In this document: positions 8,892 through 16,442 of the stretch, in pieces
Numbering within the stretch: position 1 is the first letter of the stretch
Layout: every line of letters starts with the position of its first letter
Assembly (NCBI GenBank): GCA_050012475.1
Contig: JBEKHC010000103.1
Span: 1 to 16,983 of the forward strand
Length of the DNA: 16,983 nucleotides
Reading direction: 5' to 3'
Source of the DNA: Candidatus Velthaea sp.
GTDB taxonomy: Bacteria; Vulcanimicrobiota; Vulcanimicrobiia; Vulcanimicrobiales; Vulcanimicrobiaceae
The notes under the pieces: model-generated
The model's database searches: none
What the model was told of the DNA's origin: nothing
Seen by the model: only the letters and a program-made list of their open reading frames with translations
Program-made: the position numbers and the translations under genes

Positions 8892-9068
8892 ATGGCAATT
8901 GCTTCAGAAGCCGTCGAGGTAATCGGTAACGATCGCGTTCCCGAAAGTTACCGCGGTTTCTTCGACAACGCGGATTGGACGCTGCACTCGATCGTCGTGC
9001 AGGGTTCCTGGATATTCCTGATCCTGGCGATCGTCGTTCATTTCCTCGCCATCGGCGCGTTGCATTAG
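8892..9068 (+). CDS. pufB: Light-harvesting antenna beta polypeptide, Chloroflexus/Roseiflexus (B808-866-like) type, 58 aa
   Basis: DRVPESYRGFFDNADWTLHSIVV...AIVVHFL closely follows the Chloroflexus beta pattern as I recall it ([23 protein letters not shown]...AIAHLL). His32 and His50 are 18 residues apart, the hallmark beta His-18/His0 pair, with one transmembrane helix and AxxxH. Strong SD supports ATG 8892. Symbol denotes family; orthology to core pufB is unproven. Confidence 0.88.
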   Translation: MAIASEAVEVIGNDRVPESYRGFFDNADWTLHSIVVQGSWIFLILAIVVHFLAIGALH

Positions 9069-9081
9069 GAAGGGTGAGAAA

Positions 9082-9309
9082 ATGTCGTACGATCCCATTA
9101 TAGGCTTTTCAAGAAGCGGCGGACCGAAGTACCGCGATCATATCCATGACTTCAAAGCTTCCGTGTTCGGCTATGCAGCCAGCGGAGTCGCGGCGATGAT
9201 CATCATTCACTGGGTTGTCCTAACGTCGCCGTTAGGGCATGCGAAATGGCTCGACGTTGTCGGCGCCGGCGTGCAGACGACAACGACGTCGACCACCGTC
9301 ACCAAGTAG
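9082..9309 (+). CDS. pufA: Light-harvesting antenna alpha polypeptide, Chloroflexus/Roseiflexus type, 75 aa
   Basis: DFKASV...AMIIIHWVVLTSP...WL parallels the Roseiflexus/Chloroflexus alpha pattern as I recall it (EFRTSV...ALLIHFVVLSS...NWL). One transmembrane helix with BChl-ligand His43; SD AGGAAGG; canonical beta-then-alpha gene order. Symbol denotes family only. Confidence 0.82.
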   Translation: MSYDPIIGFSRSGGPKYRDHIHDFKASVFGYAASGVAAMIIIHWVVLTSPLGHAKWLDVVGAGVQTTTTSTTVTK

Positions 9310-9339
9310 CAACCGCCGGTCCCGGTGGATTACGGGCAT

Positions 9340-9383
9340 TGAAGTGGTGTCGCGCCGGACGGCGACGGCACCACTTCATTATT
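9340..9383 (+). terminator. Long hairpin after the alpha gene (terminator and/or mRNA 3' stabiliser)
   Basis: TGAAGTGGTG(9340-9349) pairs perfectly with CACCACTTCA(9369-9378), continued by TCG/CGG and CGCC/GGCG with a 1-nt bulge and GGAC loop; followed by TTATT. Confidence 0.75.
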
Positions 9384-9423
9384 CGGGCCGCGCATCGCTG
9401 ACGTGCGTGGAGCGAAGGGAGTT

Positions 9424-10137
9424 ATGGATCACAACGGGCAGACGCCGTATACCGACGAGCTCAAGGCCGACACCACCGGCGGCTTCGCGAGCATCGAATT
9501 CGCGGAGAACCCGGAGCCGCGTTGCGCTTGCGTGCTGCTTCTCGATACCTCGGGTTCAATGCAGGGCGCGCCTATCGAGCAGCTCAACCTGGGGCTGCGT
9601 TCGTTCAAGGATGAGCTGATGTCCGATTCGCTCGCGGCCAAGCGGGTCGAGGTCGCGGTCCTGACGTTCGGCGATCAGGTTCGGCTGGCTTCGGACTTCA
9701 CCGACGCCGCCGGTTTCGAGCCGCCGCTGCTGACCGCCGGCGGACTGACGCCGATGGGCGCCGCGATCTGGGATGCGCTGGGCCGGCTCACCGCGCGCAA
9801 GGAAACCTATCGCACCAACGGCGTGGGCTACTACCGGCCGTGGGTCTTTCTCATTACCGACGGCGAGCCCACCGACGAGTACGAAACCGCCGCGGCCAAA
9901 GTTCGCGAAGGCGAAGGGAAGAACGCTTTTTCGTTCTATGCCGTGGGCGTCAGCGATGCCAACATGATCAAGCTGGCCCAGATCGCACCGGTCAATCGCC
10001 CGCCCGTCAAGCTCGACGGCTTGCGCTTTCGCGATCTGTTCGTGTGGCTCTCCAAATCGATGCGGACCGTCTCGCATTCGGCGATCGGGCAGACCATCTC
10101 GCTCGAACCTCCGGGTTGGATCACGACGCAGGCGTGA
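9424..10137 (+). CDS. terY: TerY-like von Willebrand factor A domain protein (YegL-like), TerY-P triad
   Basis: FAENPEPRCACVLLLDTSGSM (MIDAS DxSxS), GGLTPMG, YYRPWVFLITDGEPTD and FRDLFVWLSKSM. SD GAAGGGAG supports ATG 9424. Confidence 0.9.
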   Translation: MDHNGQTPYTDELKADTTGGFASIEFAENPEPRCACVLLLDTSGSMQGAPIEQLNLGLRSFKDELMSDSLAAKRVEVAVLTFGDQVRLASDFTDAAGFEPPLLTAGGLTPMGAAIWDALGRLTARKETYRTNGVGYYRPWVFLITDGEPTDEYETAAAKVREGEGKNAFSFYAVGVSDANMIKLAQIAPVNRPPVKLDGLRFRDLFVWLSKSMRTVSHSAIGQTISLEPPGWITTQA

Positions 10138-10907
10138 GCTGGCGTTACGTTGACGCGTTCGCTGTCGGCTTATCGCATCGTGAGAATGACACGCCTTGCC
10201 AAGACCGCTGCGCGGGCGCGGTTATCGCGAGCCTGGACGGCGGCGATGTTTTCGTGACGGTCGTTTCGGACGGAGCCGGCAGCGCCGCTCACGCCGAGCG
10301 CGGTGCGCAGATCGTCTGCGACGTCCTCGCCACGGTTGTGGGTGAAGCCGTTCGCGCGAGCAGCGATCTCGACCGCATCGGCGATGAACTGGTGCGCTCG
10401 TGGTTCTTGTGCGCGCGTGAAGCCGTACGCGAGGAGGCCCGTGCGCTCGACGGCGAGATTCGCGAGTATGCGGCTACCGCGCTGCTGGCCGTCGCGAGCG
10501 ATCATCAAACCCTATGCGCACGGATCGGCGACGGCGGCATCGTATTGCGGCGGACACCCGCCGATGCTTTCGAGGTCGCGCTCTGGCCCGATAGCGGCGA
10601 ATACGCCAATCAAACCTATTTCATCACCGACGACGCGGCCGCCGAGCGAATCGCGATCGCGCGTTTCGACGACGTGTCGGATGTCGTCGCCTTTTCCGAC
10701 GGGCTGCAGAACCTCGCTCTCGAGCAAGCAACGCGCACCGCGTTCCCGCCGTTTTTCTTGCCGCTGGTCGCGGCCGTGCGCCGCGCGCGCGACACGAACG
10801 GCAAGCTGCACGCGGAGCTGGTCGACTATCTCAACTCGCCGGCCATCAACGAACGGACCGCCGACGACAAGTCGCTCGTTGTCGGCTGCCGAATCACGCC
10901 GACATGA
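10134..10907 (+). CDS. PP2C-like Ser/Thr phosphatase (YegK/PphC-like), TerY-P triad
   Basis: Start GTG 10134 overlaps the terY stop (GTGA), giving MSWRY...GLSH...PCQD. Motifs VSDGAGSA, IGDG, GEYANQTYF, FSDGLQ and ERTADDKSL. The ORF-track extension from 9840 is a shadow of terY. Confidence 0.9.
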   Translation: MSWRYVDAFAVGLSHRENDTPCQDRCAGAVIASLDGGDVFVTVVSDGAGSAAHAERGAQIVCDVLATVVGEAVRASSDLDRIGDELVRSWFLCAREAVREEARALDGEIREYAATALLAVASDHQTLCARIGDGGIVLRRTPADAFEVALWPDSGEYANQTYFITDDAAAERIAIARFDDVSDVVAFSDGLQNLALEQATRTAFPPFFLPLVAAVRRARDTNGKLHAELVDYLNSPAINERTADDKSLVVGCRITPT

Positions 10908-12871
10908 CCAAACTGCGCGCCGACGGCGGCGCCGTCGTGAGTTTGGGCAAGCAGCTCGGCGCGGGCGGCGAGGGCGTGGTTTTTCGCATCAACGAAGAAC
11001 CCGCGAGCGTCGCCAAGATCTACTCCGAACCGCTCAAGCCGCGGCAAGTCGCAAAGCTGCGAGCCATGGTCGACGTCGCCGACGATCCGTTGCGGACGGT
11101 CGCCGCGTGGCCGACAGCGATGCTCTATGCCGGCTCCATTCCCGTGGGGTTCACGATGCCGCTGGTTCCGGCGCAGCGGCCGCTGCACGAGTTGCTGGGC
11201 CCGCGCAGCCGCCACGAACTCTTTCCCAACGCGCACTGGTCGTTTCTCATTCACACCGCGCGCAATTTAGCGCGCGCCTTCGGCGTGCTGCACGAGCGCA
11301 ACGTCGTCATCGGCGACGTGAACTCCAACAACATCGTGGTGTGCGGCGATTCGACCGCGAAGCTCATCGATTGCGACAGCTTCCAGTTCGCGGCCAAGAG
11401 CGGCGTGTTCCGCTGTAACGTCGGTGTGCCCGACTATCAACCGCCCGAACTGCAGCACGGTAATTTCGACGCCGTCGACCGGCTGCCCGAACACGACCGG
11501 TTCGGGCTCGCGGTGGTGATTTTCCAGCTGCTCTTCGTGGGCAAGCACCCCTTCGCCGGCGTCTTGCCGCCCGGCGCGCCCGGCGACGGAGCGATCGGCG
11601 CCAACGTTGCGGCGAAGCGCTTTTTTTATGGTCCGCACGCGCGCCGCCGCGGCTTGCGTCCGCCGCCCGGAAGTCCGACGCTGGCCTCGCTGACGCCCGA
11701 AGTGGCGGCGCTTTTCTCGCGGGCGTTTTTGGGCGAGCCCGCGCAGCGCCCGAGCGCCGCGGAGTGGGACGCCGCACTCGAAGACCTTGCCGGGCGGGTC
11801 GTGCGCTGCGCGAAGAATCCGCTGCACCGCCATCTGCGCGACGCGCGCTGCCCGTGGTGCACGCTGGCCCGGCGCGGATTGCACTATTTCATGCCGCCGG
11901 GCGCGCGGCGTGAGGAATACGGCCTCGACGAATCGATTTGGCAGCACGGCTCGAACGCCGAGGTCGAGAAGGTCTGGGCAGAAATCACGGCTGTCGCGCC
12001 ACCGCCGGCGCTCAACGCGGGTCTGGGCTCGGGCCGAACCTACCGCCGGTCGCCCGTGCGGCTCTGGACGCCGCGCTTGCGCGTCGCGTACGGAGCCGGC
12101 GCGGTGGCGATCGTCATCGCCGCCGTCGTCGCCACGCTGGCCGGCTGGCCGATCCTCATCCTTCCGCTCCTTGCCGGCGGATTCGCGCTGGCGGCGGTCA
12201 ATCGGCCCGACGCGCGCGCGATCGTGTCGCGCGCTTGGCGCCGGCAATCCGAGTTGCGCAAGGCGTTTGCCTCGGCCCAGCGGGAATGGGAGCGCGAAGC
12301 GCGCGCGACCTGCTTCCATCAAGAGCGGGCCCGGCTCGCGCAGGTGCGCAACGATCTGCTCAATCAGCGGCGGCGCTACGAAGCCGACATCGCGGCGGTC
12401 GAACGCGACCGGCTGCGTCGTGAGTGGGCGGCCTTCCTCGAAAGCCGCATCATCGCCGACTGGCACTTGCGCCAAATCGATCCGCGCACGCGGGCGCGTT
12501 TGCGGGCATTCGGCATCGTCAATGCCGCCGACGTCACGCGCGAAAACCTGCGCCGGATTCCGGGCCTCTCACGGCACGCGCAGTTGTGTCTCACGGTGTG
12601 GCGGCAGAATATCGAGCATGAGTTCCAGCGCCGTCCGCCGCCCGGGCGCGAGGTGCGCGCGATCCATGCCGTCAAGCTGCGCCACTTGCGCGAACGCGCG
12701 GGGAACTGGTCGCGGCTGACGGGTCAAGCCGCCGAATTGCGGCGGCTGGCGCTGGAGATCGAGTCGCGCCGGCCCATGCTTCGCGCGCGCGCGGCCGAAC
12801 TTTCCGAAGCGCTGGCGCAGGCCGCCGCCGACGCCGATATCTCGCCGATTTTCTACAAGACGTGGACGTGA
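10904..12871 (+). CDS. YegI-like membrane Ser/Thr kinase with Cys/His cluster, transmembrane hairpin, coiled coil and HhH-like region, TerY-P triad
   Basis: LGAGGEG, VAKIY, AWP, IGDVNSNN, LIDCDSFQ, YQPPELQ, DRFGLAVVIFQLLFVGKHPFAG; CAKNPLH...CPWC; hydrophobic segment about 12083-12200; LRAFGIVNAADV. ATGA overlap with the phosphatase. Confidence 0.9.
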   Translation: MTKLRADGGAVVSLGKQLGAGGEGVVFRINEEPASVAKIYSEPLKPRQVAKLRAMVDVADDPLRTVAAWPTAMLYAGSIPVGFTMPLVPAQRPLHELLGPRSRHELFPNAHWSFLIHTARNLARAFGVLHERNVVIGDVNSNNIVVCGDSTAKLIDCDSFQFAAKSGVFRCNVGVPDYQPPELQHGNFDAVDRLPEHDRFGLAVVIFQLLFVGKHPFAGVLPPGAPGDGAIGANVAAKRFFYGPHARRRGLRPPPGSPTLASLTPEVAALFSRAFLGEPAQRPSAAEWDAALEDLAGRVVRCAKNPLHRHLRDARCPWCTLARRGLHYFMPPGARREEYGLDESIWQHGSNAEVEKVWAEITAVAPPPALNAGLGSGRTYRRSPVRLWTPRLRVAYGAGAVAIVIAAVVATLAGWPILILPLLAGGFALAAVNRPDARAIVSRAWRRQSELRKAFASAQREWEREARATCFHQERARLAQVRNDLLNQRRRYEADIAAVERDRLRREWAAFLESRIIADWHLRQIDPRTRARLRAFGIVNAADVTRENLRRIPGLSRHAQLCLTVWRQNIEHEFQRRPPPGREVRAIHAVKLRHLRERAGNWSRLTGQAAELRRLALEIESRRPMLRARAAELSEALAQAAADADISPIFYKTWT

Positions 12872-14631
12872 ACGCCGCCCGGCTCCTGTGGTCGCTGATC
12901 CCCGCCGGCCGCTGCCGCCTTTTGCTCGCCGTGTCGGCGCTGCTCGGCACGTTGAGTGCGGTGGTGGCGCTGGTGCCCGCTTTCGTCGTCTACGTCCTAG
13001 CCGAGATCATCTTCAACCGCATCGATATCGGCCTGGACGTGATGCAGGTCGTCTTCGTCGGTATTGCGGCGGTGATCGCACGCCTGGGACTGCTGCTCGT
13101 GGCCCGCAACGCGGCAGGGACGGCGACGGAGTTTCTCAGCCAGAGCATGCGCTCGCGCGCCGCCGTCACCATCGGCGCGTTGCCGCTGGGCGTGATCGCG
13201 GAAACCGCGAGCGGGTCGTTCGAGACGATTTTGCTCGACGATGTCGAGACCGTCGGCCAGTACGTCTCGGGGCCGCTGGTGGATCTCATCGGCGCGTGGG
13301 CGATGCTGCTCGCCGCAGCGGTCGTGCTGCTGGCGTGCAATTGGCGTGACGCGACAGCGGCGCTTGCGCTGACGCTGGCGGTCACGGCCTTTCTCCGTTT
13401 TCGCGCCCTGCGTGCCGCCGCTGAAGTCGAGCGCGAGCGCCTCGCGCGGGAAAAACTCGCCGCGACCGTGTTCGCAGCCGTGCGTGTGCTCGCACTGCAG
13501 CTTTCGTTGCCGCCCGCTCCCGGCAGCGTGCACCCCGTGCGCCGGCTCGCCGAGGACGACCGCCAGGTGACGGACCTGCGGCTCGCGCGATCGGCTGCGC
13601 TGCGGGCGCGGCGCGTTGGCTTTGCCACGGCGCTTCCGGCTGCCGTCGTGTTGGCGGCAGTGGTCTTGAGCGGAACCCGCCTCGATCTGCCGACTCTCGT
13701 GCTGTTCGCGGCGTTCGGCCTGCGCCTTACCGGAGCGCTGGGGTGCGTGCTGCGCGCGGATACGACCGGCGCGCCCGCGCGCGAAGCTGCGCAGCGGATC
13801 CGCGCTCTGCTCGACCGGCCGCCGATCGCCGAGGGGACGGCGGAACTTCCCGACGACGCGACGCTGCGCTTCGCGCACGTCGACTTCGCGTATCCGGCGG
13901 CGACCGGCGGCCGCGCCGTGCTGCACGACATCGACTTCGTCGCCAAGCCCGGCCAGGTGACGGCGATCGTCGGTCCGTCGGGCTCGGGCAAGACCACGGT
14001 GACCCGGCTTGCCGCCCGTTTGTGGGACGTCGACCGCGGCAGCGTGACGCTGGGCGGTGTCGATGTGCGGTCGTTTCCGGTCGACGCGCTCATGCGCCGC
14101 ATCGCGTGCGTCTTTCAAGATGTCGCCTTGCTCGACGACACGGTGGCGGCGAATCTCAAACTCGGCCGGCCGGATGCCGGCGATGAAGAGATGATGCTGG
14201 CAGCGTCCGCCGCCGGAGCGCATGCCTTCATCAGCGCGCTGCCCGAAGGGTACCAAACACTCGTCGGCGACCGTGGCCTGTTCTTGTCGCGCGGTGAACG
14301 GCAGCGGCTGCAGATCGCGCGCGCGCTGATCAAAAACGCGCCGGTGGTCATCCTCGACGAGCCGACGGCATCGATGGATCCCGCGACGGAGTTCGAGGTT
14401 CAGGCCGCATTGGCTCCGCTGTTTGCGGGCAAGACCGTGCTGGTGGTCGCGCACCGCTTGACGACGATCGTGGGCGCGCAGCGGATCGTGGTCCTGGGCC
14501 GCGATGGGGGGATCGAAGCCCAGGGCACGCATGCCGTGCTCCTGGCGACCAGCCCTACCTATTTGCGACTGTGGAGCGACTACTGCGCCTCGTTCGACTG
14601 GTCACCCGGCGCCCAGAGCGCTGCGCGATGA
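12868..14631 (+). CDS. ABC transporter fused TMD-NBD half 1 (type IV fold, IrtA/YbtP-like)
   Basis: N-terminal hydrophobic helices; Walker A GPSGSGKTT, RLWDVDRGSV, Q-loop VFQD, signature LSRGE, Walker B/D-loop VILDEPTASMD, H-loop VAHRL. GTG 12868 overlaps the kinase stop (alternative GTG at 12862). Confidence 0.85.
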   Translation: MNAARLLWSLIPAGRCRLLLAVSALLGTLSAVVALVPAFVVYVLAEIIFNRIDIGLDVMQVVFVGIAAVIARLGLLLVARNAAGTATEFLSQSMRSRAAVTIGALPLGVIAETASGSFETILLDDVETVGQYVSGPLVDLIGAWAMLLAAAVVLLACNWRDATAALALTLAVTAFLRFRALRAAAEVERERLAREKLAATVFAAVRVLALQLSLPPAPGSVHPVRRLAEDDRQVTDLRLARSAALRARRVGFATALPAAVVLAAVVLSGTRLDLPTLVLFAAFGLRLTGALGCVLRADTTGAPAREAAQRIRALLDRPPIAEGTAELPDDATLRFAHVDFAYPAATGGRAVLHDIDFVAKPGQVTAIVGPSGSGKTTVTRLAARLWDVDRGSVTLGGVDVRSFPVDALMRRIACVFQDVALLDDTVAANLKLGRPDAGDEEMMLAASAAGAHAFISALPEGYQTLVGDRGLFLSRGERQRLQIARALIKNAPVVILDEPTASMDPATEFEVQAALAPLFAGKTVLVVAHRLTTIVGAQRIVVLGRDGGIEAQGTHAVLLATSPTYLRLWSDYCASFDWSPGAQSAAR

Positions 14632-16361
14632 TCGCACCGTCGCCGGCAACGGGTCTACGTCTGGGCGGTGCTGCGCTGCGGCCCGCGATTGCGCTCGCCG
14701 CCGGCGGCGCCGTGCTGGCGAGCATTCCGACGGCGATCGTCGCATTCGTGCTCTACCGGGCGCTCGGCCAGGCAACGCGTCCGCGCGAACTAGCGCTTGC
14801 GGCGCTGATCTTGGCGCTCGCGCTCGGCTTGCGCATCGCGCTGGCATCGGCTGCCGGGCGCCGCATTCGCCGCGTCCTCAACGAACTCGCCGAGCGCGCC
14901 CGGGTCGAGGTGCTCGAAGGCTTGCAGCGCCTCCCCGGACGGCGTGTGCGGGAGATCGATGCCGGGCGGGTGGTGGCGCTGCTGACGACCGGGCTCGATG
15001 AAGCGATCGGCGTGTACGGCGACGCGTTCGAGGCGATCTTCAGCGGCATCTCCACCGCGCTGCTGCTGTTCGTTTTGTTGGCGTTCATCGATTGGCGCAT
15101 CTCGCTCGTCGCGCTGGGCTTCGCACCGCTGACGGCGATCTATCTGCGGCAGTCGCGCAAGATCAGTTCGCGCGCCGCGCCGCGGCTGGTGCGCGCGCGC
15201 GCCGAGGGCACTTCGCGCTTTTTCGAGTACGTCGAATCGGTCGCGCTGCTGCGCACGTTCGGACGCACGGCGGAACGCGCGCAACGCTTGGCCTGGGCGC
15301 TGCAAGAACTCAAGATCAAAGCGTTCGAGACGAGCATCGCCCCGATTCCGTTCGGCGTGCTGGCGTTGTTTTTCGTCGAGTTCGGCTTTGCGATCACGGT
15401 GATGGTTGCAACGGAAGTCAATGCCGGCGGCGTTTTTGCGGTGACGCGTTATCTGCTGGCGCTGATCGTGGCGCTGAGTTATTTTCAAACGTTGTTTGAC
15501 GCGACCGACGCGTACTTGCGCTTGCGCGATGCGCGCTCGACGTGGACCGAGGTCGAACGGCTGCTCGCCGCGTCGGCGCCGGCCGCGGCGCAGACGGTCA
15601 AAGCGCCGCGCGCCTTCGACATCGCGCTCGACGGCGTCACGTTTGCCTACGATCGCGGGCCGGTTTTGAGCGACGTCTCGTGCCGGTTTCCCGAACGCGG
15701 CGTCACGGCGCTCGTCGGCCGTTCGGGAGCCGGAAAATCTGCGTTGGCCGGCGTGATCGCGGGCCTCAACGACGCGAGCGCCGGCACCGTGCGCATCGGC
15801 GGCGTCGAACTCAAAGATCTTTCGGCGGCCGATCGCGCGCGCATGGTCACGCTCGTGTTTCAGGACACGGAGTTGTTTGCCGGGACGGTCGGCGCCAACA
15901 TTGCCGCCGGACGGCCGGGCGCCGGCCATGCCGAGATTCGCGCCGCCGCGCGCATCGCGCAGTGCGACGATTTCGTTACGGCGCTGCCGCACGGTTACGA
16001 CACGCTGCTGCGCGCCGGCGCGCCCAACCTGTCCTTAGGCGAGCGTCAGCGCATTGCGATCGCGCGCGCCCTGGTGGGAAACGCGCCGGTCGTCATCTTC
16101 GATGAGTGCACGGCCAGTCTCGATCCGGAGGCCGAGCGCGCCGTGCACGCCGCGATCGAGACGCTGTCGCAGGACTCGACGGTCGTCTTGATCACGCACC
16201 GGTTGGGAACGGTCCGCAACGCCAAGCGAACCATTGTGCTCGCCGGCGGCCGAATCGCTGAAATCGGCACGCATGAAACGCTCATGCGCAGCGCCGGTGA
16301 ATACGCGCGCTTGTGGTCGGCCTTCGAAGCGGCCCACGCCTGGCAGGATTCGCGGCGCTGA
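14628..16361 (+). CDS. ABC transporter fused TMD-NBD half 2 (type IV fold, IrtB/YbtQ-like)
   Basis: TMD with FIDWRISL and FEYVESVALLRTFG; Walker A GRSGAGKS, VFQD, signature LSLGE, VIFDECTASLDPE, ITHRL. ATG 14628 overlaps the upstream stop (ATGA). Confidence 0.85.
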   Translation: MIAPSPATGLRLGGAALRPAIALAAGGAVLASIPTAIVAFVLYRALGQATRPRELALAALILALALGLRIALASAAGRRIRRVLNELAERARVEVLEGLQRLPGRRVREIDAGRVVALLTTGLDEAIGVYGDAFEAIFSGISTALLLFVLLAFIDWRISLVALGFAPLTAIYLRQSRKISSRAAPRLVRARAEGTSRFFEYVESVALLRTFGRTAERAQRLAWALQELKIKAFETSIAPIPFGVLALFFVEFGFAITVMVATEVNAGGVFAVTRYLLALIVALSYFQTLFDATDAYLRLRDARSTWTEVERLLAASAPAAAQTVKAPRAFDIALDGVTFAYDRGPVLSDVSCRFPERGVTALVGRSGAGKSALAGVIAGLNDASAGTVRIGGVELKDLSAADRARMVTLVFQDTELFAGTVGANIAAGRPGAGHAEIRAAARIAQCDDFVTALPHGYDTLLRAGAPNLSLGERQRIAIARALVGNAPVVIFDECTASLDPEAERAVHAAIETLSQDSTVVLITHRLGTVRNAKRTIVLAGGRIAEIGTHETLMRSAGEYARLWSAFEAAHAWQDSRR

Positions 16362-16442
16362 ACGCGCCGCGAATCCATGGCGTTCGGCGCTGCGCGCCGA
16401 GCCGCGGGCTTAGGACGCGGCTGCGCCGAATCCGTGCGGTTG

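Noticed and set aside
8892..9309. Reading the two small membrane ORFs as a toxin-antitoxin pair, holins or pilins
   Set aside because: The His-18/His0 spacing, the VP..[YW]R..F...DW.LH.IVV pattern and the IH.VVL.S..WL pattern fit LH beta and alpha chains far better.
9840..10133. 98-aa N-terminal extension of the phosphatase
   Set aside because: It overlaps terY out of frame; the family-like N-terminus begins at GTG 10134.
189..16378. Many long overlapping alternative-frame and antisense ORFs (for example 1754-2704, 4738-5646, 11267-12475, 12997-14532 and 14790-15992 on the minus strand)
   Set aside because: Typical shadow ORFs of high-GC coding DNA: Arg/Ala/Pro-rich, motif-free, and overlapping well-supported + strand genes.
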